64,000 bases of DNA from Octopus sinensis (GCF_006345805.1 NC_042998.1:118110001-118174000); one strand, 5' to 3'. Shown: positions 11,784-24,332, counted from the first letter of the stretch. Numbers and translations: made by a program. Notes: generated by a model from the sequence alone, not told the origin.

Positions 11784-11845
<62 letters not shown>

Positions 11846-11897
11846 GTATATACATAGTAAGTGTAGGTGGTATACGAGTGGGTATATATTTATAAAA

Positions 11898-12366
11898 AAG
11901 AAGTTTGAAAACGCCACTATGTAAGATATATTTTAATTTTCTTAGAAATTTTACATGTTCCGGTCCTTCTTGAAAAACGAACCTTATCAAAAATATTTTA
12001 AAAAGTTAAGTGTAATAAAAAGTTCATAATTGTTTCTTACTAGTCTCAACAGAGCCCACGTAGTAGTCTTTTATGGCGGGGGGAACATAATGTCTGTATT
12101 GTGTGTTGGCTAGATTCGTTGGCTGTAATTGGGGATGATCAGCGACCGTAATAGCAATAGTAGCAGTGACTGTTGGTCGTAGTAGTGGTGACCGTGGTGG
12201 TTGTGGTTAGAGTTACGGCAGTACATTGGCTGTAGCAGTAGCAACAGCAGCAGTGGTTGGAGTTATAGTAGCAGTTCATTGGCTGTAGTAGTAGCAGCAG
12301 CAGTGGAAATGACCATTATCAGCAGCAGTGGAAATGACCATTATCAGCAGCAGTGGAAGACTGTTG

Positions 12367-12429
<63 letters not shown>

Positions 12430-12900
12430 ATCGTGGTGGTAGTGGTTGAATTCCATTTTTCATTCGGAAAAGCAATATATGTTTTCAATGTTCCTCTCGC
12501 AGGGTTTTTAGATTTGGTGCGAATTTTCTAATAAAGTAGAGTTCTTTGTTATGACGTTGAGTGAAAGTTACGTTGTTACTGAATTGATAAAGTGACCACC
12601 ACGGTCACTACTACTACGACCAATAGTCATTGCTACTACTGCTATTACGCCCGCTGATCATTTCCCCAATTACAGCCAACGAATCTAGTCAACACACAAG
12701 ACAGCCATTGTACCCCCCCCCACAAAACACCACCACGTGGACTCTGTTGAGACTAGTAAGACACAATTATGAACTTTTTTTATTACACTTAACTTTTAAA
12801 AATATTTTGATAAGGTTCGTTTTTTCAAGAAGAACCGAAACATGTAAAATTTCTAAGAAAATTAAAATTTATCTTATATAGTGGCGTTTTCAAACATCTT
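11898..12900. repeat. Inverted repeat, ~300-bp arms (11898-12201 and 12595-12900) around an (AGT)n/(AGC)n spacer
   Basis: The arms align by eye along their whole length with scattered mismatches (e.g. AAGTTCATAATTGTTTCTTACTAGTCTCAACAGAG vs CTCTGTTGAGACTAGTAAGACACAATTATGAACTT). Each carries a degenerate HHR-like TTCAAGAAG..CCG(A/G)AACATGTA. Confidence 0.9.
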
Positions 12901-12959
12901 ATATATATATATATATAATATATATATATTATATAATATATATATATGCACATTCATAT

Positions 12960-13147
12960 TCAATATGTGACCGCGTGTCTATAGTTGGCAATTTTCTTTC
13001 TCCGTCTTCTCTTCCTTGGACCTGACGAAGAGATCCACTCGAGACGTTAAATCCTCCTTCTTTCTTTCCTGACTGTCCAATGACACCATACTTTTCCACG
13101 TCCTCGCGTTGTTGTGTTTTTGTCTCTGTTCATGTTTGGATTAACTA
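12960..13147 (+). mobile_element. Short PLE-tail-like unit with degenerate hammerhead (13016-13054)
   Basis: CTGACGA-A-GAG-ATCCA-CTC-GAGA-CGTT (GAAA changed to GAGA), within pyrimidine-rich flanks between (TA)n and (CA)n. Confidence 0.55.
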
Positions 13148-13196
13148 ATACACACACACACACACACACAAACACACACATACATATATATAGAGA

Positions 13197-13221
13197 GATA
13201 TAGATAGATAGATAGATAGAT

Positions 13222-13263
<42 letters not shown>

Positions 13264-13264
13264 C

Positions 13265-13315
<51 letters not shown>

Positions 13316-13316
13316 C

Positions 13317-13361
<45 letters not shown>
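13197..13361. repeat. (GATA)n tetranucleotide microsatellite
   Basis: Direct reading. Confidence 0.97.
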
Positions 13362-13686
<325 letters not shown>

Positions 13687-14496
13687 ATATATGGAAATAG
13701 ATGTAGTGTTATTTTCAATTTATGGTTTTGTATAAGGCAAAATATATAATAGTATATTAATAGAAATATTAAAATGTATGATTATTAAAGTATACAAATA
13801 TACTTTTGTGTGTGTGGGTGTGCGTGTATGGGTGTGTGTGTATTAGTGTGTATTGTGTGTGTACCTAGAAAGACAAGATATTAAATATTTAAGCAATAAT
13901 ATGCCAAAAATTCTAATAATTGAATACATTACATCGCAATATCTATAATGTAACAATGTATTTACCTATATACATATTTTAAAACAAACTATGATACAAA
14001 AGAATTAACTATACACTTAAACACTCTCCATTTTCTCATATTATCAATTATACATATATATATATATTTAATAGATGGAGTTGGAAATAGAACAGAAGTA
14101 AATCTAAGACATTTCAATTTAAGATGGAATTTATTAAAAATGATTTCAAAATTTATAGAAAGAATATATTTCCAGTTTCAATGATGAATCGCATCTTATC
14201 AAATAGTTAAATTTGTAGAAACTTGAAGCAAAAGCAGTATATCTTCTGTCGGGGGTCAAAAACATGTCTGCATATTTTCGTTGAAGTCTTCTTTTGATAT
14301 AGTTTGGTATAGAGTTCCGAGTGTTGGGGAGTAAAGAGTGGGTTGTAGTTGTCTATTGTCTAAAGCAAACCATTGTGGGTTCCTCACAAGAGAGTGACTT
14401 AAAAGCATTTAAGGGAAAGGTTTTACGTACACCTGTGTGTGAGTGTGTATGTGTGTGTGTTATGTTGAATATCCTATCAATATGTTTGGAATGTAA

Positions 14497-14555
14497 CCGT
14501 GCTCCAGCATGGCCACAGTCAAATGACTGAAACAAGTAAAATAGTAAAAGAGTCG
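14497..14555 (+). mobile_element. SINE family A 3' tail only
   Basis: GTGCTCCAGCATGGCCACAGTCAAATGACTGAAACAAGTAAAA matches the tail of 40138-40492. Confidence 0.75.
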
Positions 14556-14599
14556 CATGTTTGTTGATGGGTGTGTATATTGTGATGATGGGTGTGTAT

Positions 14600-15200
14600 G
14601 TTGCGACTTGAAGAAAGATTTCCTTTTGAGTTAGATGTAAATTTTGAGTGTCTCCAGCTGTGTGTATGTGTGAGTGCTTGTGTGTGTATGAGTGAGTGCT
14701 TGTGTGTGTATGTGTGTATGTATGTGTGTGCTTGGGCGTATGTGCGAGTGGGTTTATTGCGATGTTTTTGTTGTGTATGTGTGAATGTGTGTGTTGTTTT
14801 TGTGTGTGTGTGTTTGTTCGTGTTTGAGCAGATTTATTTGTGTGTGTTTATGTGTATTTTACGATGTTTTCTTTTGTGTGTGGGTGCACGTGCATGTGTG
14901 TTTGTGTGTGAGTTTATGAGTGTTCTCAGACATGTGTGTATATGTTATTTGCGATCTTTTCTTTTGTGTGTATGTGAGTGTGTTTGTCCGTGTGTGCAGG
15001 GGTGTGTGTATATGTGTGTTTTTGTGTGTGTATGTATGGGTGTGTGTGTCGTTTTGTTATGTTTTTGTGTGTATGTGCATGTGTGTGTGACTGTGTGCAG
15101 AGGTGTGCGGGTCGATGCATATTTGCGTTTGTGTATGTGTGTATTGTTTTTGTAATATTTTCTTCGGTGTTTATGTGTGTGTCTGTGAGTGTATACGTGC
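14600..15200. repeat. Degenerate (GT)n-rich tract with ~100-bp higher-order periodicity
   Basis: Recurrent TT(G/A)CGATGTTTT(C/T)TT-like anchors near 14760, 14862, 14952, 15057 and 15153. Confidence 0.7.
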
Positions 15201-15211
15201 TTCTGTTTTCG

Positions 15212-15873
15212 TGTGAATAAACTGTCGTCTAAGTTGCGCAATAATGAAAATAACACAGTTATCTCATTTTAATAGGTATATTTACCAATATTACATAAAA
15301 ATATCTTGAAATACTAAAGAGTAAGTGGCTTCAACAACGGCCCCTAGACGCCTTCGGAATCTCCTGCAAATCTTCTCGATGGTCTCCTTGTTCTAGTTGG
15401 TGAATGCTGCCATAAACCTTGCTTTCAATTCACCTTTGGTGTTACAAGGACTTTTTTTAGTCTCTCATTGAACTGCACCCCGTGCATAATAATCAAGCGG
15501 TTTGCAGTATGAGGCCTTGGGTGGTTAGATGTTAGGGGTGATGTCGTCGCAGAAATTGTCTGACAGCCGTGACTGGGTTCTCCTGTGTGTGTGGCAAAGT
15601 GCAGAGTCATGTTGCCAGTCACAGTGTCTTCCAGCAGCCATCCTCTTGACCCATGATAGCACTACTTCCTCTATTAACTTGATGCAGGCCTCCGTGTTGA
15701 ATCTGAGATGTGTGGATAGATGAATGGAGGCATAACAGCACCACCACTAGTGATTACTCCGAACACCATGATTTTGGCTGGATGTTCGATTTGTATCACT
15801 CTCGGTACATGTCTTCGGATTGCACTGTCTTCAGATTGATTCCCAAACACTCTGAAATGCTTGTATTGAAGAT
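15212..15873 (-). mobile_element. maT (DD37D) element, internally deleted, 5' end missing where the LINE begins
   Basis: The minus strand reads HPAKIMVFGVITSGGAVMPPFI..WQHDSALCHTHRRTQSRLSDNFCDDITPNI*PPKASYCKPLDYY, with exactly 37 codons between the second and third catalytic D. The 3' end matches 9720-9780. Confidence 0.88.
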
Positions 15874-15879
15874 ATAGAC

Positions 15880-17931
15880 ATGAAACTCAATAAATTCGTG
15901 TCAATAATGCGAGCTATATGCGTTAAATATGGCCCAGAGAAGAGAGCCAGTACACATAAAAACTTCATTCCCCGAGACAGGATAATGTTGTTGCGGCGGA
16001 GAATAAATGTCTCGAATCATTTAAACAAAGAAAGAGAAACCTGGGTACTCGAAAATATAACAAGAAATCCTATAGCCTTCTGGAAGTTGGCAATGGAGTC
16101 TCTTTCAGTACGTTATATATTAGGGCCACTACTTAGTAAAAACAGTTCACTAACTGTAGACCTAGAGAAGATAAATGAAGCACTGAATAAACAATTCCGA
16201 AGTGTTGTTACATTTCCACTGGAAAATATGCAAAAATACAAGCCCGAGGGTTCTTCAATGTAAAGAATCTATGCGGAAAAGAGCGAACCATCGATTACAT
16301 CAACATAACAGAAGAGGATGTAATACCGTCTTTTTGATGGGGCCCAGATGGACTCACGGCTGTTCTCTTAATGACCTGCAAAATGGCTCTTGCTAAGCCA
16401 CAACAGATACACTTTGAGAGTTTCCTTGCACGAGGTAAACTTCCCATCATGCTAAAAGAGGGTAAACTATGGCCTGTCAATAAAGGAGAGAGCAGAACAG
16501 ATGCTAAAAACTATAGGCCTCTCTCTCTCTCTCTCTCTGACCTCACATATTAGCAAAACAATGGAACGCATTGTCAGAAAAAGGCTGATCACGTTCCTAG
16601 AAGAAAACAACCTTCTAACAAATACACAACATGGCTCCTGTCCAGGGAGTAGCTGCCTCACACAGCTGCTGCAGTATTTTGACTGGGTACTGAAACAACA
16701 GCTAAATCATTCATCTGTAGACGCGATATTCCTAGACTTTGCCAAGGCCTTCGACAAGATATATTATGAAATTATATGTCATAAGCTACGAAACCTTGGT
16801 ATTACTAACTGGGAGAGTGGCTGCATGACTGAAGGGCAGAAGTCAACAATTGTAGCCAATCGTGCTCACTCTGAAGAGTCACCAGTTCTCAGTGGAGTCC
16901 CACAGGGAACTATACTGGGACCACTACTATTTGAGTTGGCCCTCTCAGACATGCCCTCCGCGGTACAGTCAGCTGATCAGACCAGTTATGCTAACGACAC
17001 AAATGTATTGCAGGCTTTTAGGAACCCAGAGGGCATCATAAAACTGCAGAAATATCTGAATGAAATATACAATTCGTCTAACAAAAATAACATGAGTTAC
17101 AATGCTATTAAATTTCAAGCACTCCACTATCGACCCAACAACAGGCTAAAATCTGAATACACTGGACCAGAAAGTAATACGATCCCAGAATCAGAGTCGG
17201 TGCATGAACTGAGGGATCACCTGAGTAATGTGCATATTATCAAGATGGCAACATTATGCAAGCGAGTGGCTAGTTGGATTCTAAGGACATTCAGAACCAA
17301 ATAAAGGGAGGCTCTACTGTTTTATGTGGGACTTTCGTTCTCAGCCGTTAGGACTACTGCTCCCAACTATGGTGCCCAGTGAGTGTGAAAGAAAATGGGG
17401 AACTCGAAGCAATCCATCGCCAATACACAAAGAAGATTTACTCGATGCAAAATATGGACTACTGGGAGAGGCAAAAGAAACGGAGTCTCTATTTCCTGGA
17501 GAGAAAACGAAAGATATATACGATGATATATATTTTGATCTTGGATGGTTTAGCTCCCAAATTTTGAATTATCAGCTATACCAATCCTCGAACTGGGCGG
17601 CACTGCATCAAACCAAAGATCCCGTCTTACACATCTAAAATAAAGACAGTACTGCAATAATCTGGGTTTCAAAGACCAGGAATTGTTCAATATCCTGCCA
17701 GGCAACCTTAGTGATCTACATGGTGTTGATGTGGAAGTTTTCAAGAAACGTCTGGACAGGTTTCTATTTGAGATACCAGATGAACCCACATCGCGACAGG
17801 AGACATAAGAAGAGCAGCTCCATCCACCTCGCTACTTCACCAAAAACAATAACGGAAACAACACCGTGAAACTACAAGTGGTGCATCAGCATGACCTCAA
17901 CCCTGGGCTGAAACCAGTAAGAGATAAAAGA
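15880..17931 (+). mobile_element. CR1-group LINE, 5'-truncated, RT domain to 3' tail, frameshifted
   Basis: GPDGLTAVLL, KNYRPLSL..TSHISKTMERIV, QHGSCPGSSCLTQLL, VDAIFLDFAKAFDK, SGVPQGTILGPLLF, YANDT (FADD position), ILRTFRTK, LDYCSQLW, FKKRLDRFL.EIPDEP. The 3' tail is GGTGCATCAGCATGACC..CTGAAACCAGTAAGAGATAAAAGA. Confidence 0.93.
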
Positions 17932-17938
17932 TACATAT

Positions 17939-17974
<36 letters not shown>

Positions 17975-18166
17975 GTTATTACTCGATAGATAAGTGGTGT
18001 TACGTCATGTCTATAGGTAGCGTGGCTTGGAGCATATATGCATTTTTATTATCCATGTAATAAAAGAATAAAATCATCATCAGTGAACTGGGTTCTGAAA
18101 CGGATAAAGATGTGTGAGTGTGCGTGTTTGTGTGAGCGCGTCCATGTGTTTACTTATACATGGATG

Positions 18167-19367
18167 TATTGGTCTGGCCTAGAAATCCGTTCGATTTTTG
18201 TCGGCACCACAATTCAAGCACACTTATGAATAACTTTAATATGTCACTTGCGCATGCGCACTCGTTAGCTACCTGACTTTCCAAGTTTTTCGGACGGAAA
18301 TTGCGACGAAACATGTATTCTGTGTGCTTGTGATCAACGTGTAAATGGCGAACCAAAACCAACACTTGCGATTACACCTGCTATTTAATTTATTTATTTA
18401 AATATATGGCAAGATCGCGGCAGAAATCTGCTAAAAGATCTCGGCTATGTTTAGAGAGGGTGTATGCCTGAACTGGTTTTTCAAAGTTTCGATTGATAAA
18501 TTTTTCATCTCATGATGCATCTCGATCACGTTGGTGGACAGAGAGATTAGCAGCGACACCAAAGCAAGTTATGGTCGTATGACCAGCAACACTGCAAATA
18601 TTCCTCAAATATCCAAATCGAATGTTAAAAGCCATCTGCATTAAATTGCTTTCGTCAGCATGTTTCATGTTTGTATTCTAAATGATTTGCACGAGGCTCA
18701 CCTCCCCCAACGGTTCTCCATGTGCGATTAGTTGCAGAAATTCGGAGAAAATTGTTCTCTTTTGAAGAAGATAGTGACACTGGAAGTACAATTGATCGTC
18801 CATAATAGTATGAAGCGCTAATTGTCGTAGGGAAAACGTGGCAAAAAATCCAAAAAAAAACAACAGACAGCATCTTAAGCAGCACTTCGCCCGAAGAAGG
18901 TTATGGCTTCAATTTTGTTGGATCGGAGATTTTACGATCTTCTCTCGGGAAGGACCATCAGTGCAGATCTGTACTGTGACCAGTTGAACAATTTAAAAGC
19001 GGTGATCCACTAGAGTTTTACAGCACACACTTTTGCAGTGGCGGCAGCAATTACTGAGTCTTAACTCTGAGGTTTAGTTGCACCCTTCATATTCGCCTCA
19101 GTTTTCCATCTGTTTCAATCAGTTCATAATCCATTGAATGGACAGACCTTCAACTCTGATGAAGTAGTACAAATTTACATGGAAGCGTCTTTGCCAGTAA
19201 GGAACATAAATTCTCTGAGCAGGGAGTCATGGATCTGCCCACAAGATGGAGGAAGTTATTGTAACGAAATGGTAATTATACCACTGATTTAATAAATAAC
19301 TTTGTATTTAAAAAATTATTTTTCACTTTTGCTTAAAACACCGAACGGAATTTTTCTCAAGCGAATA
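18167..19367 (+). mobile_element. Mariner element, decayed
   Basis: Imperfect ~30-bp TIRs with TA ends (TATTGGTCTGGCCTAGAAATCCGTTCG vs reverse-complemented TATTCGCTTGAGAAAAATTCCGTTCG). Fragments include LLKKIVT..IVHNSMKR, LRPKKVM, TISADLYCDQLNNLK, HPSYSP, HLFQSVHNPLNGQTF and LPTRWR. Confidence 0.85.
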
Positions 19368-19514
19368 TGTGTGTGTCTGTATTAATGTGTGTGTATTGTA
19401 TGTGTCTGTATGTGTGTGTGTGTGTTTTGTATTTTGTTGCGTCTACCTCTGTGTGTGTGTGTGTGTTGTATGCATGTATGTATACATGATGCCTCCTTTG
19501 CCTTATTATTTCAT

Positions 19515-19923
19515 AATCTTTTCTACTATAAGCACAAGGCCTGGAATTTGGAGAAAGTGGACTAGTCGATTACATCGACCCCAGTGTTTGACTTTTACTT
19601 AATTTATCGACCACAAAGGATGAAATTCAAAGTCGACCTCGGCGGAATTTCAACTCGGAATGTAGCGATGGGCGAAATACCGCTAAGTACTTCGTGCAGC
19701 GTGCTAACGATTCTTTTCTAATTTAGACACAAGTCCCGAAATATTGGGGGAGGTGTCCAGTCGATTAGATCGACCCCAGCACGCAACTGGTACTTAATTT
19801 ATCGACCTCTAAAATGATGAAAGGCAAAGTCGATCTTGATGGAATTTGAACTCAGAATGTAAAGACTGATGAAATACAGCTAAGCTTTTGCACGCGTGCT
19901 AACGTTTCCGCCAGCTGACTGCC
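19515..19923 (-). mobile_element. SINE family B, head-to-tail dimer (19711-19923 and 19515-19710)
   Basis: The minus strand has the tRNA-like head AGCTGGCGGAAACGTTAGC..GAGTTCAAATTCC and the body GTCGATAAATTAAGTACCAG..GGGGTCGATCTAATCGACT. Homologous to 51509-51908 and 33580-33785. Confidence 0.88.
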
Positions 19924-20039
19924 TTCCCTCAGTATTCCATAAAGTTTTGTTATTTTCATTCCGAAACTGAGGCACTTACATAAAATGGTCACAGAATATT
20001 CATTGGTTATGCTTGGAAAAGAGAATGACGCCAATTGTC

Positions 20040-20700
20040 TCCTCCCAAACCCCACATATTCTGCAGTTACTTAATATCTTCTACTTGATTACATGTTTGC
20101 TAGACGAAATGGTTCGACCATATGTAGTATTCAGGAACCCTTCAATTTCAGCTATAATGACTGCGAATCTCAGCGGGTATTATGATTTTGTTTTTCTCCA
20201 TTTCTAACTCCATCAATTACTCTGGGTATTTCACATGTCATGGATTTGTTGTCATTGTTTTCCATAGTTTTATATAGTCACATTATTCACCAATTTTCGA
20301 TTTTGCTTCCTAATGTGAGTATTTTCTATTCCCTCCTCTCAGCTGAGGCGTCTGCTTTGTATTTGCTGTCTTTGTTGAAAAACCTATCACATTGTCGTGT
20401 TCCGTTTGTGATTTGTAATTTGTTTTGAATACACAAAGTCGCGTGAACGCACTTTACAATCTACAGTCGCTAACCATTTATTTATACATATCCATTTACC
20501 ACATTCCAATATAACAATGAAGAGCATGCATTTTTCATAATGCACGCATTCGAACACACCATTGCTCACATATTGAATTATATTTTCGCTCGCGCACATA
20601 TCTTAATTCGAAAATATGACTACTCTTCCTGACATCGACATAATCAATTTCCACCCTTGATGACCAGCACATACCACCAACAAATCATTTGCTTTAGTCT
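20040..20700 (-). mobile_element. Possible highly decayed Penelope-like GIY-YIG region
   Basis: Minus-strand remnants T..DSQSL..KG..PEYYI resemble TC.S.NLIY.I.C.GC.EYYIG; many stops. Confidence 0.35.
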
Positions 20701-21912
20701 TCATATACATAAAACTTTTCTAGTATAAGCAAATAGATAAGCAGTTCGCTTTGCAAACGTGAAGCCCGACAAGTGTTCGATCCCACTACATAGCAACTTG
20801 AACACAATTTCCTTTTCTATAACCTCAAGTAAAACTATCAGTTGTGCGTAAAATTGGGGAGATGGAAACTGAAGAGAAGCTTGTCGATTGGGTGTAACCT
20901 ATAATTTAAGGTAAAGCCTTATTGTATCCTGTATTACGATGGTCATGCCTGAGAATTACGTGAAGTATACACATGTCTGTAGATTTTACATCCATTTATA
21001 TGTAACTTCAGAAGGAGGTACTTCATTTGACCTAGCAACTGATTCCTGATCATTAAACAACGGATATCTACCACCGTCTGCTGGCACATGCACATATAGA
21101 ATTTCACCATCCACGTTTGTCATACGGAGAAAAATCTACTTCACAGGTACATAAACGCCTTTCAACATATAGTTTAGGTGTTCTCCCTTACTAGGCATAA
21201 GTTTTTCTTTTATAAGTCACTCATATACGAAAGCAATTCCCTGCTACACTGCTTCACATCTACCTCTCAGCATATCACGTCTTTGACTCAACATCAATTC
21301 ATCGTCTTATATATATTTTTTTTTATTTTATATCCTTCACCGGTTTCGACAATGGATCTCGATTCGAAATTTGGAGTTATACTAATTCAACATAACTAGT
21401 ACTTTATTCAGTTGACCCCGGAGGAATGAAAGGCAAGTTAACCTGGGTGGAGATTCCATAAGAGACGGAACAAATGCGGCAAAATATATTGTTGCAGTTC
21501 TGAATTTCTAGAATCTCTCGGATTTATCAACAATGAGAATGAAATGGGTGTATTATTGTTTTGAAGCTACTTTATGAAGTTTTGATGGCACTTTCACAGA
21601 AGCAGACAAACATCCAGTGGAACCGCATTTAACGTTGCATATTGTCTATTGCCAAAACGGAACTGCTGAAGATCGTTCTTCCCAAACGTGTGGATGCTAA
21701 CCTGACGCCATAGTTTGTAAAACGTATCTAAAATTCAAAACTGGATATGCTTTTTTATATATGTGAATTCGCACACAAGCGCACGTACACAAATACGTAT
21801 ATATTCATTTAGATATTATACGTATATTTATTAATTTTACTGACTACATACATAAGTATAGGGACTATAACAAACCCTACTGTCTATGAAGGAAGAACCC
21901 ATTACATGATAT

Positions 21913-22015
21913 AATTCTGGTTCTATTTTATCAAACGAAACAAATACGTGCAGGTATCAGACAATTCTGGTTCTATTTTATCAAACGAAACAAATACGTG
22001 CAGGTATCAGACAAT
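21913..22015. repeat. Perfect 50-bp tandem duplication
   Basis: AATTCTGGTTCTATTTTATCAAACGAAACAAATACGTGCAGGTATCAGAC occurs twice (21913-21962 and 21963-22012), followed by AAT. Confidence 0.97.
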
Positions 22016-22503
22016 GCAACAAAAACGAGCATGAAACTATCATTAGACAGCCAGTTATATTCATCATCATCTCAACATTTATGAAAAGTGTCTTCGTTTA
22101 ATGCTTTAACATATTTATATACGATTCTTTGCATCAAATAAAGGTGTTTATCTGTAGAATCAGACATCAGACTTGTGTTCCTAAGATTATTGGGCGAAGT
22201 ACACTCTGGTAAGAACATACTTTTAGAAATAACAGCCAGATGTCTCTTGAATCATATCTTATTTTCTTAGAAATACAAGAACATATCGGATAATGTTATT
22301 TTGTAAATAAGACAGAAGAGTCAATGTTGAATAGATTTTCGTCATAGCTTGTCAAATAGATTACACACAGGTACATATACACAGGCACATTGAAAAACGA
22401 ACATATGTCGATGAAATTTAAATAGCTACTTAATGGACCTCTCACATGTAAATACCTACTAAATAGACCCTTCATAATATAAACATACAATCACTGATTT
22501 ATA

Positions 22504-23520
22504 CGAGGGTACACTGAAAACTACATAGGCTAATTATGAAGGAGTGATGCTAGAGTTGTCAAATTTTACATGCTTTAATTTGAACCCTTCCTATTAATAA
22601 CTTCATATTTTATTGTTGATTTCCTTTTCAGGTAAACTCGCATCTGACTCTTCAAAGAAGACAACTAACTAGTAGCGACGTCACTTGAAAATGGGCAAAA
22701 TTTGGTATTGTAGTATTATCAAGTACCTGCAGGGAAAACGTTTAGCCCACAAGGATGTTCATGCTGACACGGTTGCTACAATAGAGGATGACGCTCCAAG
22801 CTATTCTGTTGTCATATCTATTGTTGATGACTTTCTATCAACAGTGCAAAAGTTGGCAGCCGAATTTAGAAGGGGGATTCTTGAAGATGACCCAAGGTTC
22901 AGAAGTCCTGCAACTGCCACGACAGAGGAGAACATTGATCATGTTCACAACATGGTGATAGATAACAGGTTATTGACTTTAAATCAAATAGCCAATGCTA
23001 TTGGCATATCTCGATAGAGAGTTAAAGATACCCTGTACAATGAACTTGGCATGAAAAAGGTTTCTGCTCGATGGCTGTCACGTCCTATGACACCCGATTA
23101 AACGTGCATCAAGCAATAACAACTTGCTGAAGCAGTTACAAAAGGTATGAAGGCCAAACTCAGGAAAACTGAATGAAAACGGTTTTGTTTCATCAGGATA
23201 ATTCTCCAGTGGACAGGTCCTTAATTCCAATGGCTGCTGTACGTGACTGTTACTTTGAAATGATTGTATGATTGTTCACCCTCCCTATTCTCCTGATATG
23301 ACGCCATCTGATTATCATCCGTTCTTCAAACATCAAATACACACTTGGCTTTGAATCTGTATCGCAGTGACGTCACATTTGTTGTTGGTGACTTTCTTCA
23401 CCAATACCGATAGAAAATGTATGTTGACCGCAAGGAGGGTTATGTTAAAAAATAAACTCCATCTGCTGACATTCCATGGAAGTATCTTTATCAGCCTATG
23501 AATTATTCAGCCGACTCTCG
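22504..23520 (+). mobile_element. Mariner (DD34D, irritans-like) with internal deletion
   Basis: TA target duplication (22502-22503 and 23521-23522) and TIRs CGAGGGTACACTGAAAACTACATAGGCT vs reverse-complemented CGAGAGTCGGCTGAATAATTCATAGGCT. Motifs include LEDDPRF..PATATTEENI, KVSARWL and HQDNSP..HPPYSPDMTPSD. The D34D spacing holds after removing an 8-bp duplication ATGATTGT; the first catalytic D region is absent. Confidence 0.93.
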
Positions 23521-24239
23521 TACCCACGTTTATTTGTTACAATAAGCCGTTATATTTTCAAAGAAAACGCATTCAAATTCTTTCTAATCTTCTCACAAAT
23601 CTCATCCCGTCTAGGTCGAACACTACTCCTTAATCCTTTAGCTGAGAAGAGCAAGCGTCTCCACAGGGTCTCTCATCTTTCTCCTTTCTGCTAACTAGTT
23701 ATTCTTTTCTCATTACAATGGAAAATGCAATGGGAAATCTTTCTTGCTCGACTGACTAAATATTAAAACGAAAACAACGTAGGAGTTAAAACATAATTCA
23801 CTTTAGATTATGAATTTTCTATTAAGCATGAATCTATGCTGCTAACACAATATTAATTTCTAAAACAATTGACATTCAAAGGTAAATCTCTTTTCATATT
23901 TAAAGTATATTCTTGCCTTTAATACATATGAAATAGCTAAGCATCCCCGCTCTTCCCCACCTCAGTGTTAAAGCTAGCGTAATTGATATTCATACATTGC
24001 GAATATTTCCATTTATTTCTCATATGGATCAAATGACTCCTGTAGAATAGAGGTGTTTCATAGTAATCGCATTTGAAATATTATGCCCCACCACATTAGC
24101 AGACAACCTATTATTGCCGATATGAGTTGAACTACTAGACACAATGACTTCAAAGTTAATTGAGTATTGCCTAATATGTGTGTGTGTGGGAAAAGAGATA
24201 GAGTGTGTGTGTTTGTATGCATATAAGTTTGCATGTGTG

Positions 24240-24282
24240 TACGCATTCATATATATATATACACATATATGTATTTATATAT

Positions 24283-24332
<50 letters not shown>

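Noticed and set aside
14592-15155. 187-aa Cys/Val-rich ORF (and similar YI-, CV- and HT-repeat ORFs across the window)
   Set aside because: They arise from stop-free (GT)n, (TA)n and (CA)n microsatellites, with no domain signal.
21913-22015. Direct repeat as a possible CRISPR array
   Set aside because: Two adjacent units with no spacer in a eukaryotic context, with no cas genes.
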